The notes under the pieces are model-generated. The model was not told the origin of the DNA and did no database searches. It saw nothing but the letters and a program-made list of their open reading frames with translations. Both the position numbers and the translations under genes were made by a program. Positions 41,960 to 55,774 of a stretch of DNA of 64,000 nucleotides are shown here, piece by piece (position 1 is the first letter of the stretch; each line of letters starts with the position of its first letter). This DNA comes from Tubiluchus corallicola (Eukaryota > Animalia > Priapulida), in contig JAQGDQ010000073.1 of NCBI GenBank assembly GCA_030141605.1, forward strand, positions 496,001-560,000, read 5' to 3'.

Positions 41960-42065
41960 ATGGACATGCAAATCATGGCGGGCGTTCACTAGCGGCTGTG
42001 TCGCGGGCTGTTATTGGTTAATTCGATTAGAAGCATGAGTTTTATTGGTTGGCGAAGCGTGACTA
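41960..42065 (-). promoter_or_regulatory. Candidate Pax2/5/8 promoter
   Basis: Two CCAAT boxes (ATTGG at 42013 and 42044, 31 bp apart), a Pax-type GTCACGCTTC (42063-42054), YY1-like CGCCATG (41980-41974) and an octamer ATGCAAAT (41966-41973), in a CpG-rich context. Confidence 0.5.
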
Positions 42066-45000
42066 GCAGACGACATCAAAAGTCAATCAAGGCTGCGTTG
42101 AAAAGATGGAAATACCCGGCTTCTGTTGCAGATTAGAATAGGATGGAGACTAAGAAAGTAAAAAGCAGTACTAGTATTTAGAATGAGAATATGGCAAATA
42201 TTTAAGTTCTAATAAACCCTGCTCCATTTTGAAAATCACTTTGACAAGTAATAAAAACATATAAATATATCTAGCAGACGATGTTCGATGAAGGCACTGT
42301 GGGGAACCCACTACTGTGGAGAGGCGGAGCAAACTCAACGAAGAAATGGCCTTATCCATTAATGTTTCGCTGAACGGATAATATACAGATACACAAAAAG
42401 GATCTGTGAGACAAAAAAATTATTGTGTCTGCCAATTTCAAACATATAAATAGATGAAAAATAAATAATGGTACAGGCTTCTTTTTTGTGTATCGGTCAA
42501 GTTGTCAGTAGGCCTGTAATACGTTAATTTTTGGTGATAGTTTTTAGTTTAGAGTTAAATTGAGTGACTGCTTGTTGTAGTGAAAGTTGAACCGTTCAGA
42601 CCCCGATCTGCTAGTGCTAAACGGGTTAAAACTTTATTTCTGAAACAATAGTTTTGTTTAGCATAACAAGGTAACAACCTAAGAAAAACCAATCATAACG
42701 TAAATTTTTATCATTTGTTTAATAGTAATTGAAGTACGAATAATTATAGTTAATTAAAATTGGTCTTCAAGAAAAATTATTCCACGATAATCACATGCTA
42801 TTTTCGTTATTACCTGGGCACTCGACATCATCACAAACTTTCACTCAGCACAGTCGATAAGGCGAACCTTGGAAGGTTAACAAATTAATCTTGTTGACTT
42901 CATTACCGTTGATTGAATCATTACAAGATTTGGTTAGCGCATCTCGTAACGCAGCTAATCAATCAACATTATTGTTCAGTCGGTCACAGACAATGCAACC
43001 GGTGATACTGGCACTAGTGTCATTATCACTCCTTGTACAATGCCTTAGTTTATTGCAGTTACTCATTTCCGCAAACACGTGACCGACTGGTAACCGCCAT
43101 TGTGGCTGCCACGTGACCACATTTACAAAAAGAGTCAGCTCTGATGAAAATGACAAAATAATGATTATGGGAGCATAGCAAGTTGCTCTTGTGGGAAAAT
43201 TCGATGAAATGTGCTTCTTTTTGAATAGCTGGAAAAAATAGTTGGTAAATGTCCACAGATTCAACAGGTTGTCATGTTACAAACTATTTTGGAGAAGTGA
43301 TGTACTTAGAGTAGAATTAACAAAAGTCGAGCACATTTTCAAAATTCGGTTTTGTTGAATCAGCTGGCATAATTTTCTTTTTTGAACTGTTTTATGGCCC
43401 ATAAATTTTACTAACCAAAATGTTTACGATAAATTGTTTTTGAGAGTCACATAAACTGATTTTTAGAATTGATAAGGAGACACATCACCGAAACTTTAAA
43501 AGTACCGACAAACTGAGTTTTAGACAACAACAATAACCAGCTAACAATTTTTTGAGAATGTAATTTATTTGTGTACGTTGTTTTTATGGCTATTGCTTAA
43601 TTGCTTTGCTTTGCTGTGTGACATCGTGGTGTGCATACCTACTTAAATGAACCCCGACTGAAGTGAGTTTTATGCAGTTTTTAAATAGTATAAAAGAAGC
43701 AAAACAATCTTATTCTGCAATACAACTGAGAACAAAAATTTCCTACCCTTGACTTGCGGGTGGTCATTAAATACAAGGGTTTGGAATTGTGTGAAAATTT
43801 CAGATCAGGCCAGATAACAGTTCTCTACATACAGTGACTGCATCAAGTAAATGGAACTGCGAATACAACAGTAAATTCTCACACAAAAGTAATCAATAAA
43901 GTTGAGTTTCTTTTTTACTGCCTGCCTTATCCAACTTTTTCAAAACATACACACTATATAGATCCATTATTAAGAGATATACGGCAGTGTAACAGTGAAG
44001 AGACAAGGAAGTTAATTGCTTACGTATAAATGCCCAGCCATATTTGTACTACAGAAGTTGAGCAAATTTGGTGGGTTCGTGCAATGTCAGAATATTTGCT
44101 TGACGCCAGTAAATGAAACAAGATCTTGAAGATTTATTATCAGCCGCCCCAAATCTGAATGTAGAAGAATTGATGATGATAGCGTAGGTGTCAAGCTCTG
44201 TGGTGTAATTTGTGCTCACAATGTCAACAGAGGAAAAGAGAAATGGGTTTGTGCGACAGTTTATTATCTTATCTGTTAAGAACGTTTAGTTAAAGCGTCT
44301 CGTTGAACCTTCCATGCAGTTAATAAAGAAAAACTGTTTAAGTCTTGGCAAAGCAACTAGCGAATAGCCTTTTATAGAAAATAATTAAATTAGAAGAGAA
44401 GCACGTTTCGCGGTTACTGCTGGCAGATTTTTGCATTTTCAAGTAAAATTTGATACCGATATTTGACCAATCCCTCTTAGTGTACTTTTTGCTTTGTTGT
44501 GGCGTTCAATGACTAACTAAATCGCGTAGTGCTTCGTCTGCGGGTCTGTAAGTGAATTGTGCAGAACACACCAATAATAATGTTGCAAAATAAGTTATTA
44601 ATTGTTGATAAATTCAGTTAAAGTAGTTTCAGTGCCTGCCAAAGATGTAGCTCGGTGTTTGTGTCCCAGTGGGAATTAATTTTTTTAGGCTTTTGTTTGT
44701 TTACTTAGCGTGTTGATATAATGTAAACCTAACATATAAGCGTACAAGACTGATAAGGCATAGTGAAAACTTACAGAAATAATTCAGAAGTCACTGCATG
44801 ACGTCACAGATGAAACCACTGCGAGTCCGAGTAACGGGTTTCATGCACGCTAGACGCTCGTTTATCACAGAATTAACCGCTTGACTTGACAGCTATAGAG
44901 TTATAGCAAGAGTTAATAGGCGTACGATCCAACCTGATGTATGATTTCCAATCACGCCAGGAAATAACGTAAAGCGTGCGGGGGTTAGGGTGGTCAGAAA

Positions 45001-45145
45001 AAATGCCTAGCAGTATGCAGCATCACACCACGTATTATAGATTAGTTCTTGAGCTGCATAGTTTATACCAGGACTGAGAAGTCCCAGTAGAAATGCAAGA
45101 ACTAACACTAGGACCACTTGACGTGCAATAAGCCACAACTTTCTG

Positions 45146-45442
45146 GCCTTTGTTGCCAACCTTTTTGAACCGTGGTCCAGTTAAAAATATAAGGGCCGGC
45201 CACCAGATTAGGCTTCAGACAAATATGAATATCGCTTCTGGTATTTCTACTACGTATTAAATAAAGGACGAGGAACGAAAAATAAAATGAAGTTTTTTCT
45301 TTGGAATAGCTGTTTTTATATCATTTTCCCACTTTTTACAGGCCATTCACAGAAAATGTAAAAAACATAGATTCTTTTATCAGGTTGCCTGGTCCACCTG
45401 GAAAGTGCCCTATGGGTCAAGCCCAGTGGTTGGGCACTGCTG
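45146..45442. mobile_element. Decayed non-autonomous hAT (Charlie-like) element
   Basis: Left end ..TTGCCAACCTTTTTGAACCGTGG and right end GGTTGGGCACTGCTG resemble CAGTGGTTCCCAACC-type TIRs. Ends are degenerate. Confidence 0.4.
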
Positions 45443-46289
45443 TCCTAGGCAGGGTCACTTCCATATTATATCAATGACGTCAAGTCCCGCGCAGCACTAG
45501 ATATGTAATAACGTTATGTATGAAAAATATAAAAAGTGATTAATAATGCAAGTAAGTGTTATTTTACTCAGAGACATAAGAATCACTCAACGACAATTCG
45601 ATTTACTTTAATCAATTTTATTTATTTAACTTTAGTTTCTCATATTAGCTGCCCAACAGCACTTTTGAACAGCGATCTGAATTATAAAACCAGGTTGCTC
45701 AGTTAGTCAACAGCCGTTCAAGTTTTTTCTTGGACCATTACTGGTCTCTGGCTAAAACACGCTACATTGAAAGGACAAAACAGCATAAACCTGTCTGGAT
45801 GTTTTGGTCATGTGAATGGGATGCAGCGAAAAGAATTAAAGGAGAATTGCAGTAAAAAGATAAAGTTAATTTTATTAAAGAGTAGATAAACAGCAAATGC
45901 TAAAAATGTGCTGAGAAATACAGGCTATATGCTCCCTCTGACCACCCCAACGTGAAACCAGTCAAAGTGCAAACCAATCAATCAAACCATTAACGAAATT
46001 TATTCACTTGATAGAACATTGCCTACACTACTCACTAGCCAAATGCCTATTGTTCAGTCGGCACATCAGATAAATTAATTTTCTATTATTTATGCTTGGT
46101 ATTAATTATTGATATTGACGATGAAGAGAAAGAAGCAGAATGTAATGGGAGCTTATATAGTTAGTAATCAGTGCGTAATGGGTATAAATTTGATAGCAAG
46201 TCTATTATAAGGTCGTTCGCAAGAACAGTGCTTTGAGACATCATAAAGGTTATTATGTTGGCCGCTCACTGCACTTCTTCAATGACTGG

Positions 46290-46425
46290 CTAGCTGACTG
46301 CTCCTTGCTAACTAACTCATCAACTGACTGTGTGAATGCTGGTTAATTAACTAACTGACTGAGTCACTGACAGACTTGCTGGCTGAGTGACTCTGATTGA
46401 CTGACTGACTGACTGACTGACTGAG
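46290..46425. repeat. Degenerate (GACT)n tetranucleotide repeat
   Basis: Pure ctgactgact core at about 46395-46423 with degenerate flanks. Confidence 0.75.
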
Positions 46426-46632
46426 TTGTTAGCTGTGAGGTTGTGGACCATCCGTCCAAATTGCACAAATAAGTGAGAATTTTATTAGGGAGTTGACTAC
46501 TTGGCTAACTTACTGTTGAACGTTTGCTAGTGATGATGATGACGGCAATTGTGGCATTAGTCGCAATGAAATTACGAAAATGATGGCAACAAAACTCATT
46601 CAACCCACCCACCATCATAAAAGTTGTACATC

Positions 46633-46977
46633 CAGGGCCGGATTACCTTATAGGCTAGTATAGGCTGCAGCCTAGAGATCCTCAAACTTTAGTAACATTC
46701 GGTGAAAAATCGCATTTTCACTAGAGTAGAGATATGTGCTAATTTCGTTTGCAGTAAATAGTAAAATGGTGGTACATTTTTTAAAGAATATTTCTATTGA
46801 CAAACAAAAGACAGCTATTCTGGTTTATTTAAATAATTTGCAATAAGTTTATTTCATGCTATGTAAATGTTGCTAAAGTATATCACGAGTCGGGTGCAGG
46901 CGAGTTAGAGGGTGGATGCGTCTGAGGGGGCATCATTTTATTAGCCTAGCCGCCCAAAGGGTCATAATCCGGCCCTG
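46633..46977. mobile_element. Non-autonomous hAT MITE, 345 bp
   Basis: Perfect 13-bp TIRs CAGGGCCGGATTA / TAATCCGGCCCTG. The 8-bp flanks TGTACATC and TCTACATT match at 6/8, consistent with a decayed hAT TSD. Confidence 0.82.
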
Positions 46978-49900
46978 TCTACATTTGAAACCTGCACGCA
47001 GAATTTTAACTAACGAGTTAATCCTGTTAACTAATAACACAAAAACGTCACATTGAGTTATTTCGGTTGAACAATGGTAGGAGGATGCGCTAAGTATGGC
47101 TTCACAAAGTTAATGATATCAGTGCGGGATGAATAACAAGACACCACACTGGGAGGTTTATGGACGAACACGCAGGGATGCCGCATGGCCTCCAGCAATA
47201 TTTTACATTTAAGTAATTTAGTAATAACGTATAATTTTGAGTGATTCAACATGTTTGGATCCGGACACTTTGTGTAACAGGGTTAGAGCGTCGATACTTG
47301 TTCATCACAGCGTGGGAGGGCAAATGAACTAGACGGTACGCAGGGTTAAAAGAAAGAGGAACCAAGACGGCTAAAAACATCCAAAGAAACAGATCAATGA
47401 ACGCAAGATAAACTTGAAAAAATAACAAACAAAATTAGTTCCAATCAAAATTTTTTTTTTCAAGACAGCATAACAAAATAATTATTAATAAATAACAATA
47501 CAATTTAGAAATCTTTATTGCGCCACCACTCTAAAAATAAATATTATTTTTAAGCACTTTAGGGATTCAAAACCTTTTAAACAAAGAGTTTTCTCCCATT
47601 GAAGGGTATTTTTAGGCAATCAAAAGTCAATTATTTAATCACTCGTCTGTTCAAAATCGAAAAAGCTGACAGTTTTTTATTTAAAGCACATTGTTCTAGT
47701 TTCTTTTTTCTGGACCGAGAAAACCTATGCCTCGATTATCATCACTCACGTAAAGCTCCAGAAATTCTCATTTTTACGAACATTTTTAAAAGCTGATAAA
47801 AACTACTAATGTCTACCCGTGCAAGTCGTGCATAAACTCCAGCCGTCTCGTAGCGGTGCGTCAATGAAAGTCAAGAAGTTCTAACCACATCTCAAAGTGA
47901 AACGATCAACAGTCTGACAGCATTATTGTCATTTATTGGAGTGCCATTGAAATGTATATTTCGTTTTGTATACTGGGCACTCGAGGGTGGATCCATAAGC
48001 AGAAAGAATGGTTCGTTCATGTTGGTGTCTCATCTACACTACCATTAACGAAAGCACGGTATTATTATAAAATAAAGTCGTGCAGTCTACTTGTCCACGA
48101 AAAAAGACACGATGTTCAATAATTTATTGTGCTTCAAAATGGCGTATCTCATATTCTCTATTTTGCCTTTTAAATACAGGCTTGGCTTTGCCTTCTGTGG
48201 TTCCACTCCAGATACGGGTCTTCAGGCAAAGCCACACACATGACAAGCGGGATTTACATGTAACATACGGCACCAGAAAGCGCACAGGAAGGTCATTCAT
48301 GCGTGCGCCATTACTTTCTTATACCTACCGCTGAGTTTTGGTATAAAATTCATATAAATAGTGAATTAATTACTAGAAGTTGTAATAAATTAACGATCAC
48401 CAGGATAATCGATGACACGCACGAAGTGAGAGGAAATGGGAAACAAAGAAATGACCACACTGGGAGTTTTGCAAGTAAGAAAGTGGAAAGAAAATGATGA
48501 TGAAAATTAGTTAGAAAAAAGTATTGTTTGGCAAGGTGAAAAGCGATTAGAAAAAGGGAGAAATAAAGGAAGAAAGAGTGCGAGAGAGGAGAGAAGGAAG
48601 ACAGCGAGAGAGAAGAAGGATGGGAAACTGGATAGGAGAAATGGGAGAGAGAGAAAGAGACAGACAGAAGAAAGCAAGACGGGAAAGGAAAAGACGTTCA
48701 TCATGTAAGGGTTAACTGTTAACGATTACACGGGCTAAAAGTGCTACGAAAACCGTTAATGAAATATTTTTCATTCGGAATGCGTTCTATCATTTTATAA
48801 TTGTCTGGTCTGTCAAAAACAGCTTTATGTAACAGCTTTTTAGTGTTATCTGTGCAGAGCACTAGCAGTTCTTCTACCCCAAGAGACTCTTTAATAATGG
48901 CCCATTATTCATTCTTGCCCCCCTCTGGGACTTGAGATAGTCACGCCCTTTGATCACATGTCAAAAGCCTAGGAAAATTTCCCGTGGATATTTCAAGTTG
49001 AATGCATTTTGCATATTAATTGCCTCAACTTCATTATTGTATGAATGTATTATTAATGACGTCTGTTTCATTAGGCAATATGTTTTAGTTTATAATGAGT
49101 TTTGGAAATTGATTAATCGGGGACTCAATTTACGCGTGACTGATTTGGGTTTCTAGCAAGGAAAACAAAGTAAAATGATTGGGTTAGAATAATATAATCT
49201 TGTGAAAGGCAAAAAAACTAAAAAAAAACTAAAAACCAAAAAATAGCTGTCTCATGAAAAACTTTTAAACTGTACATATATTTCATTTTATTTTGAAAAC
49301 AGCTGCGTCTTATACCACAAACAGTTGCTTTAGACACACAGTGGTACCCTAATAAAAAAAGAAAGGATTTATCAGAAACAGCAGTAAGCAATGTAAGTTT
49401 TTTAAATTTCAGCGTACGCCACAAGTAAATTTCAGCAGTATTATTGTGAATTTCAATGCGGTTTAATAGGCACTACACTAAATTACCTAGAACACCAGGG
49501 TGTTTTAATGTAGTTTTAGTTTCTTATTTTATTTTACTTGTTTTTGTTAATTTTTGTCAGTAAAAAGCTTCAATTGCTCGCGTTTTTATGTAGCTAGTCG
49601 ATTACAAAACCATCTTATCACAGAGAAAGCACTTCAAACGAGCAAAAATTTCATGAACACGTCAATTTCATTTCATTTCATTCAATGTAGAACAAAAAGA
49701 AACAAACAAACAAAAACAAAACAAAACAAGAAAAACAAAAATGAAAGCCAAGAACAACCTTTTGAGCTAAACTGTCATTATGTAGGTTTTGGTTTATGAA
49801 TTGCTACTTTTTTACCACGCACAAAACAAAAATTCACAATAACTATGAGCGCACGCATGTAAGTTTAGCGATGTGTGTAGAGTGACGCGCGTCGCGGATA

Positions 49901-50714
49901 TGAGGTTGTCTTTCTAAAATTTTCATTACAATCAAATGTTGCATTTTTCTGTATCGCATGAGGTAACGCGACACCGCAAGAAGCGACCACGCGTGCAAGC
50001 GACAAATGTCAAAGCGTTGGTTATTAATTCAGACCTTAAAGTTGTAGAAGTTCTGCAGGAGTTTGCCATTTCCGTTAAAAAAGTAAAGTTGCTCAAATTT
50101 AAAGGTAAAACGATGTTTCTTTAAAAGATATGTTTTGAAAATATTGCTTCGCATAGTGGCGTATAATATCCAACGAAATTATTATGTTTGACTTACGGAG
50201 TCAATTCATCAAATTAAACATGGAAATTTTCTATAGCACATGCTTATATAAAACTTCTAAATATCTAAAATAACAAGTTTTTAATAGATTTGGCATCATC
50301 TATTGAAAATATCAATAAAACACAAATTATAGACGAATATAACATTGCTTTTATTTTATAACGCGTTGCGAAATAGTTGTTTTGTTAGTAAAATAAAAGC
50401 AAGATTTTTCATTAATTAATCCATGTATTCGTCTGTAGTCTGTTTTATTAAAATCTAAAACCATTTTTCATGATTGTTATTGAAGATTTCCTTATAATAA
50501 ATTTTAATTATGATTTGGTTCTCTGTTTAGCTGTCTCTCTCTCTCTCTCTCGCTCCTTCTTTTTCTCGTTCATTTATTTTTCGTTGTGTCTTTATTTTGT
50601 TTCTTATCCATTCATTCTTTCTTTGCTTCATTCATTCACTCGTTTATTCTTCTTTCTCTTTTTGCACTATAGAACATGACAAATTTAATGAAAATTTAAT
50701 TTTTCATTGTCCGT

Positions 50715-51187
50715 TACCGTTGGTTAGACAAGATATAAGAGAGAATCTCGAGCGTGGCTTAGAAAATAATGACATTCGAACCATTTACAGAAAGAGAGAC
50801 ACTGATGTAATTAAATGTATTGTAAAAGAACTAACCCAAAATCATCTTATCGTAAATTGATTATACAGGCACACTGCTTATATACGAAAGACATCAACGT
50901 AGGATTATTTATGTACGTATAAGTTACAACATATACTACTTATACATAGAGTATAACATATATGAACATTATATGCAAATATTAGATATATATTTAGAAT
51001 TAGTAAATCATGATGCAGTATTGTTAGCTTGTTTAGTAAGAAATTGATAACTGTGAAGAATTTAACGTAAAAATTTATTTAATGTACATAATGCAAAGAT
51101 TTACTAATAGGTTTGTACTTATGCGCTCTGCAAATAGAGGGCTTATTGTCTCATTTTCAATAAAGATTCTTAATAATAACAATAATC
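50715..51187 (+). mobile_element. Possible 3' fragment of an L2-like LINE
   Basis: ORF-end-like peptide VKELTQNHLIVN*, an AT-rich UTR, then CAATAAAGATTCTT and a (TAA)n-like tail. Confidence 0.25.
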
Positions 51188-52480
51188 TCTTTTTGCACTT
51201 ACATAATTAAAATGATTGATTAGTAAAACAAAAGAAATTGTTCCAATTCTTATTTTATTAAGAATTACTTCCATGGCATCAATAATGGTTGTACTATTGG
51301 AATGGCACTACTTGGGAGCTTAACACCTCTGAGCAGCTTCATTTCTGCGATAGGTGTTAACGACCAAGTTATAAACTTTATACTTATAGGCCTACGCCAC
51401 ATCTAAATGCTAATTAAGATTTGGCCTGCAAATTACTCTTAATGACATATCTAGGAAACGACACTTGTCAAACACGCTTTCATTATCTTATTATTTCAAT
51501 CAGCTTTGAACAAAATAGTCAATCAATCATCAGTGTCAATAGACGAGTGGCCCCAGCAGGAAGACGCTTATGTTATGAAATATGAGTTTGTGTTTAATCG
51601 CTAGGAGTTGTATGGAACATAATGCAAGGCGTGTGCTCCCTCTTACAGACCTCTTCACGCAAGCTTGTATGTCATTTAAAAAGGAGCACTCGTAAAATGA
51701 GCGGCGAGCACCTCTCCCCGAGGATGTATGAATAAGGATACTGTTGAAGAGCAGTCAAGTGTAAGACGACGCGACATCTGGGCGCAAATGTGTAACACGC
51801 ATGCGCACAGGAAGAGTGGCGCGACGCCTCTTTTTGCTATAAGCATCCGTCCACTTATTATAGCTTATTACTATTTTATGACAAGTAAAAACATGGTAAA
51901 ATCGCAAGTTGGCAAACTTATTAAACTTGAAATATCTCTGTTTCATATTTTAAGAAAAGAGAATTTGCCGGAAAATAAGAAAAAACAGTAATCATCCAGA
52001 ATTTGAACCCGTGACTACTTGCTTATATACCAAACGTCTCGACAATCAAATCACTGAAAGTAAATAGGCAAACAGACATACACAAAAGTTCACGCGTTTA
52101 GTAACCACTGACTAGAACATTTGCAACATCATTAGACGACTAATGATCAGATTTGTATAGTTACGTGCATATATTATCATTATTGTCTGCAGTTCAAATG
52201 ACAAATCTTTATTTCTTTTTCTTCTTCTGCGGAAGTGGCTTTGTTTTGACAGTAGACAACAGAGGATAAAATTTTGCTACAATCACTGATGTCAATAGAG
52301 GAATGATATGTACGAGCAAACAGTGTCACATTGTGCTGTTGTTTGTGTAACGTATTGGCAAATTTAATTTAGCGGACAGGCGACTGTTATTAATTAGAGA
52401 CGAGATCGCTAGTGTCAACAAGAACAGTGCATTGTATCAAGATCAGAATGATGAGTGATTTACTTTCTCTCCTTATCTCA

Positions 52481-52482
<2 letters not shown>

Positions 52483-52555
<73 letters not shown>

Positions 52556-52628
52556 TTTCTCCCTTTCTCTCTCGCACACACACACACACGCACACACAAC
52601 ACACACGCGTGCACACACACACACGCGT

Positions 52629-52722
<94 letters not shown>
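52483..52722. repeat. Compound (CT)n(GT)n..(CA)n microsatellite
   Basis: Seen directly. Confidence 0.98.
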
Positions 52723-52724
<2 letters not shown>

Positions 52725-53687
52725 TCTCATTTATCTCCGGTTTCTCACACTTTCTCTAAGGTTCTTTCTTTCCCAACTTTTCTCGCAAACTTTAGTCTTC
52801 CTTTCCATTTCTCAGCTGTCTTTTTCTCCCTAATTTTCGCTCAGTTCTTTATTGTTTCTTCTCTATTCTTCTTTCTCCAAGCTGTGTCTAATTCATTTCA
52901 TTTCTCTAATTTTATGTTACGACTGAACTATCTCTAATTAACGTAGACTTCGTTTCGCCTGAATTTGATCTGATCTAACAAGTTCCTGCAGTTCTAGTCT
53001 GAAATATGTACTCAAAATTTTAATTTTAAATTTTGCGTTATTCTATTTTGATTTTGTTTCAAAGAATTTCATGTTATTTGATTACATGTTCGATACAATT
53101 CTGTTTAAAACAATTTAATTTTTTTCATTTTACCAAATTCTCTACACTAAAATACAGTTAAACGCTGAGCTTTAAGTTTAAAACATTATGAAGTTGATTT
53201 CAACTTACAGGGCATAAGTTGCGATTTTAAGACGTTATGCTACTTAGTATTAGGCCTCTACTCTTCATCTGCAGTCGTATATTTCTCCCAGTGCATGCAA
53301 TACTCAGAGTCGTTCCCGTCTGCGTCACACAACACGATTTAGGAACCTATGAATACATTTTATTTCACGAAGCCACTTCTGCCGTCTAAAGTGGTGTTAG
53401 TTAAAGTGATTGGGAAGTACAATAGAAGGAAAACATGCAAGCTGAGAACAGCTGCCCATGGTTTGTTCGAACAACACAAAAGTCAACACGACAATCTGTT
53501 ACGACAAACACGACCTTTTGTGGCAATAAAGACATTCTTAATTGTTTCAAATACAAGACTTTAACTTTCTCATTTTTTACAGTAATTTTATTAATGGCAC
53601 TTGTACGCTTCGAGGTCTAAGTGAGTGTTTTCGATTTGGGAATTAAGTTTATCAAATAACTTGTTTAAATTAGAAATAATTTCTTAC

Positions 53688-53748
53688 CATTTTTGTATCT
53701 GAAGAAACCAGTATGAATTTTCCGCGTAAACACCCAAGACCATTCCAT
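53688..53748 (-). CDS. Pax2/5/8: Candidate alternative first exon MEWSWVFTRKIHTGFFRYKN(G)
   Basis: ATGG start, donor ATG|gtaaga, 61 nt, phase 1. Confidence 0.3.
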
Positions 53749-54249
53749 TAGAAGAAATAATAATTGTACACTATCGAATCTTACAAAGTTTGTATGCACA
53801 TTTCAAGTCCAAAACTGAAGAGTACATTTTAGAGAACCTCACTAAATTTAAGATTTAATTTAAATTCTATACGGCGCGGCTATTTCACCAGGAAACAAAC
53901 ATCTGCCAGCGCTTTTAAAGCGTTAAACCAATTAAAAAAGTGAAACAGAAAAACGACTTCCTCTTTCGAAGTTTCTCAGTCGTCGTACAAGAATAAATTA
54001 CATAGGATTGCGCTCAGCGCGGCTCTGTGGAAAATATTAGTATCTAGAAGTCCCATGCCCTTCCAGGTTTTTGTGGTTGCCCCAAAGATCGCCAATTACA
54101 TGAAGGATTTGCTTGCAATGGGAAATGTGGTGGGAGGACATTTCATGCATTACAAGCTATTGATTGAGCCTGTATGTCTCACTTATACGAGAATCTGAAA
54201 AACAGCGTGCTTACTATAATAATTATTAAACGAATGAGCCGGACAGATT

Positions 54250-54612
54250 GACCAAGGGACTAACCCACTGGTCAATTAACTAATCGAAAAACAACTACTC
54301 AACTAACCGACCCGTGAATAACCAACTGACTGAACCAACCAGTCTATCATCCAGTCAGCCAACCAGTCATCTAGTCAGTCAATCAGATAGTCTGCTAGCT
54401 AGCTAACTAGCCAACCAACTGAGTAGGAAACCAACTCAAACCATCTACATCAGCCAGCCACTTAAAAAGCTAATCAACTAATTAATCAATTCACCAACCT
54501 AACCAGCTAGCCAACAGCCAGGCAGTTATCAAATCAACCAAATAAATAACAAACAACCGAACAAACAAACAAACAAACAAACTCGAACAGACAGAGAAAC
54601 AAACGAGCAAAC
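54250..54612. repeat. Degenerate tetranucleotide tract (AACC/AACT/CAGT/AAAC)n
   Basis: 4-bp periodic low-complexity sequence; a similar tract lies at about 61335-61505. Confidence 0.65.
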
Positions 54613-55602
54613 AAAAGAAGAAAGCAAAAGGAAACTGAAACTAGGTAAGGAACAAATGAGCCACAGCAAGCTCAACGATGGGCAAACAAAATGGTATTTC
54701 CTCAACTAGTATCAGTCAAATTATTATAGTTAAGTCAAGGAATGCTAGTGTAAGAGAGACGTATAACAAAACCTATATAATCGGTTGCCGTAAAGTGTCA
54801 AAAATTTGCTAACATTAAAGACTTATTTCGGCAGCTAAGGGCCGCACGTTTATTTTTTGCGCCCAAAAGCGAAAAAGCTGATAAAAATTACAGCAGAAAA
54901 TACAAAACACGTATTTTTTGAGTTTATAATCGTAATTGCCGTGTCTAGACTAGTATGATAACTTTGTAATTTGTATGTAATGATAGGTATCCAATTCAGC
55001 AGCTACAGTAATTGTAAGTGAATGGGACGAAATTACTATTTTTAGGCCGCTTTTTATTTCTTGAATCGATATTATATTCTAATTTGTTAAATATCAAATG
55101 TTTAGCAAAGAATGTAATGATCAGATATAAAATGTACTGACACCAATAATAATGCACGTTTATTACCGTATGTCACTTAGTAAAAATTCATCTGTTACGG
55201 CTGCACTATGTTTGAGGCAGTCATTTACGAATTTTATTAAGTCTGTCGCGTAAACAGTTCGTTCAGTGAAAAATGTCAATCTGTTTCAATAAGAACGTTA
55301 GAAAATATCTACTGATAGGCATTACCATGGTTGTAATACATCTCGCTACCAAATAATAATTGCTGGTAAACAGTAAAAAGAAGGAAAGACAGAAGAACAA
55401 AAACTGAAGATTGAAGGAAAAATAAAAAACAACAATCAATGCAGAATGTTGTGAATATAATTGGGTGGTAAAATGTTTTATGGTACAAATGAGGGAGTAC
55501 ACTCAAAGTACTGCCGTTCATGGAAATACAAAATTCAGCGTGAGCAGTAAAATCCATACAATACAGTTAAAAATGACGTCATTAATTATTTGCTTTCTTT
55601 AC

Positions 55603-55774
55603 CTTTAACTCGGGTTCCTGGTTTTCGCTGTAAGAAATCTTCGTAAGTGCACGAGCCCGGCGGGGGATGGAACAGCATGGTATGACCCCCTGGAGAAAAC
55701 ATTTGACTTTGTTCCCTGAACACCATCATTTGTTCTTCCGGAAAACCGTATGTGGCTTTAGCAGGATGATACAT
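55603..55774 (-). CDS. Pax2/5/8: Candidate distal alternative first exon MYHPAKATYGFPEEQMMVFREQSQMFSPGGHTMLFHPPPGSCTYEDFLQRKPGTRVK(G)
   Basis: GC-richer, protein-like 57-codon ORF ending at donor AAG|gtaaag in phase 1, in frame with the paired box. A CRE palindrome GTGACGTCAC lies about 25 bp upstream. Confidence 0.55.

Noticed and set aside
42171-42359. MDKAISS.. ORF as a first exon
   Set aside because: No usable donor, and it lies upstream of the candidate promoter.
48183-48234. Hairpin TGGCTTTGCCT..AGGCAAAGCCA as a pre-miRNA
   Set aside because: The stem is only 11 bp with a 30-nt loop, and I recognise no mature miRNA.
53203-53215. ATG CCC T|gtaagt 7-nt phase-1 coding stub
   Set aside because: Too short to distinguish from chance. 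It shows that some first-exon candidates can be random.
55309-55557. MDFTAHAEF.. ORF as another first exon
   Set aside because: No convincing phase-1 donor; the ORF runs on into T-rich low-complexity sequence.
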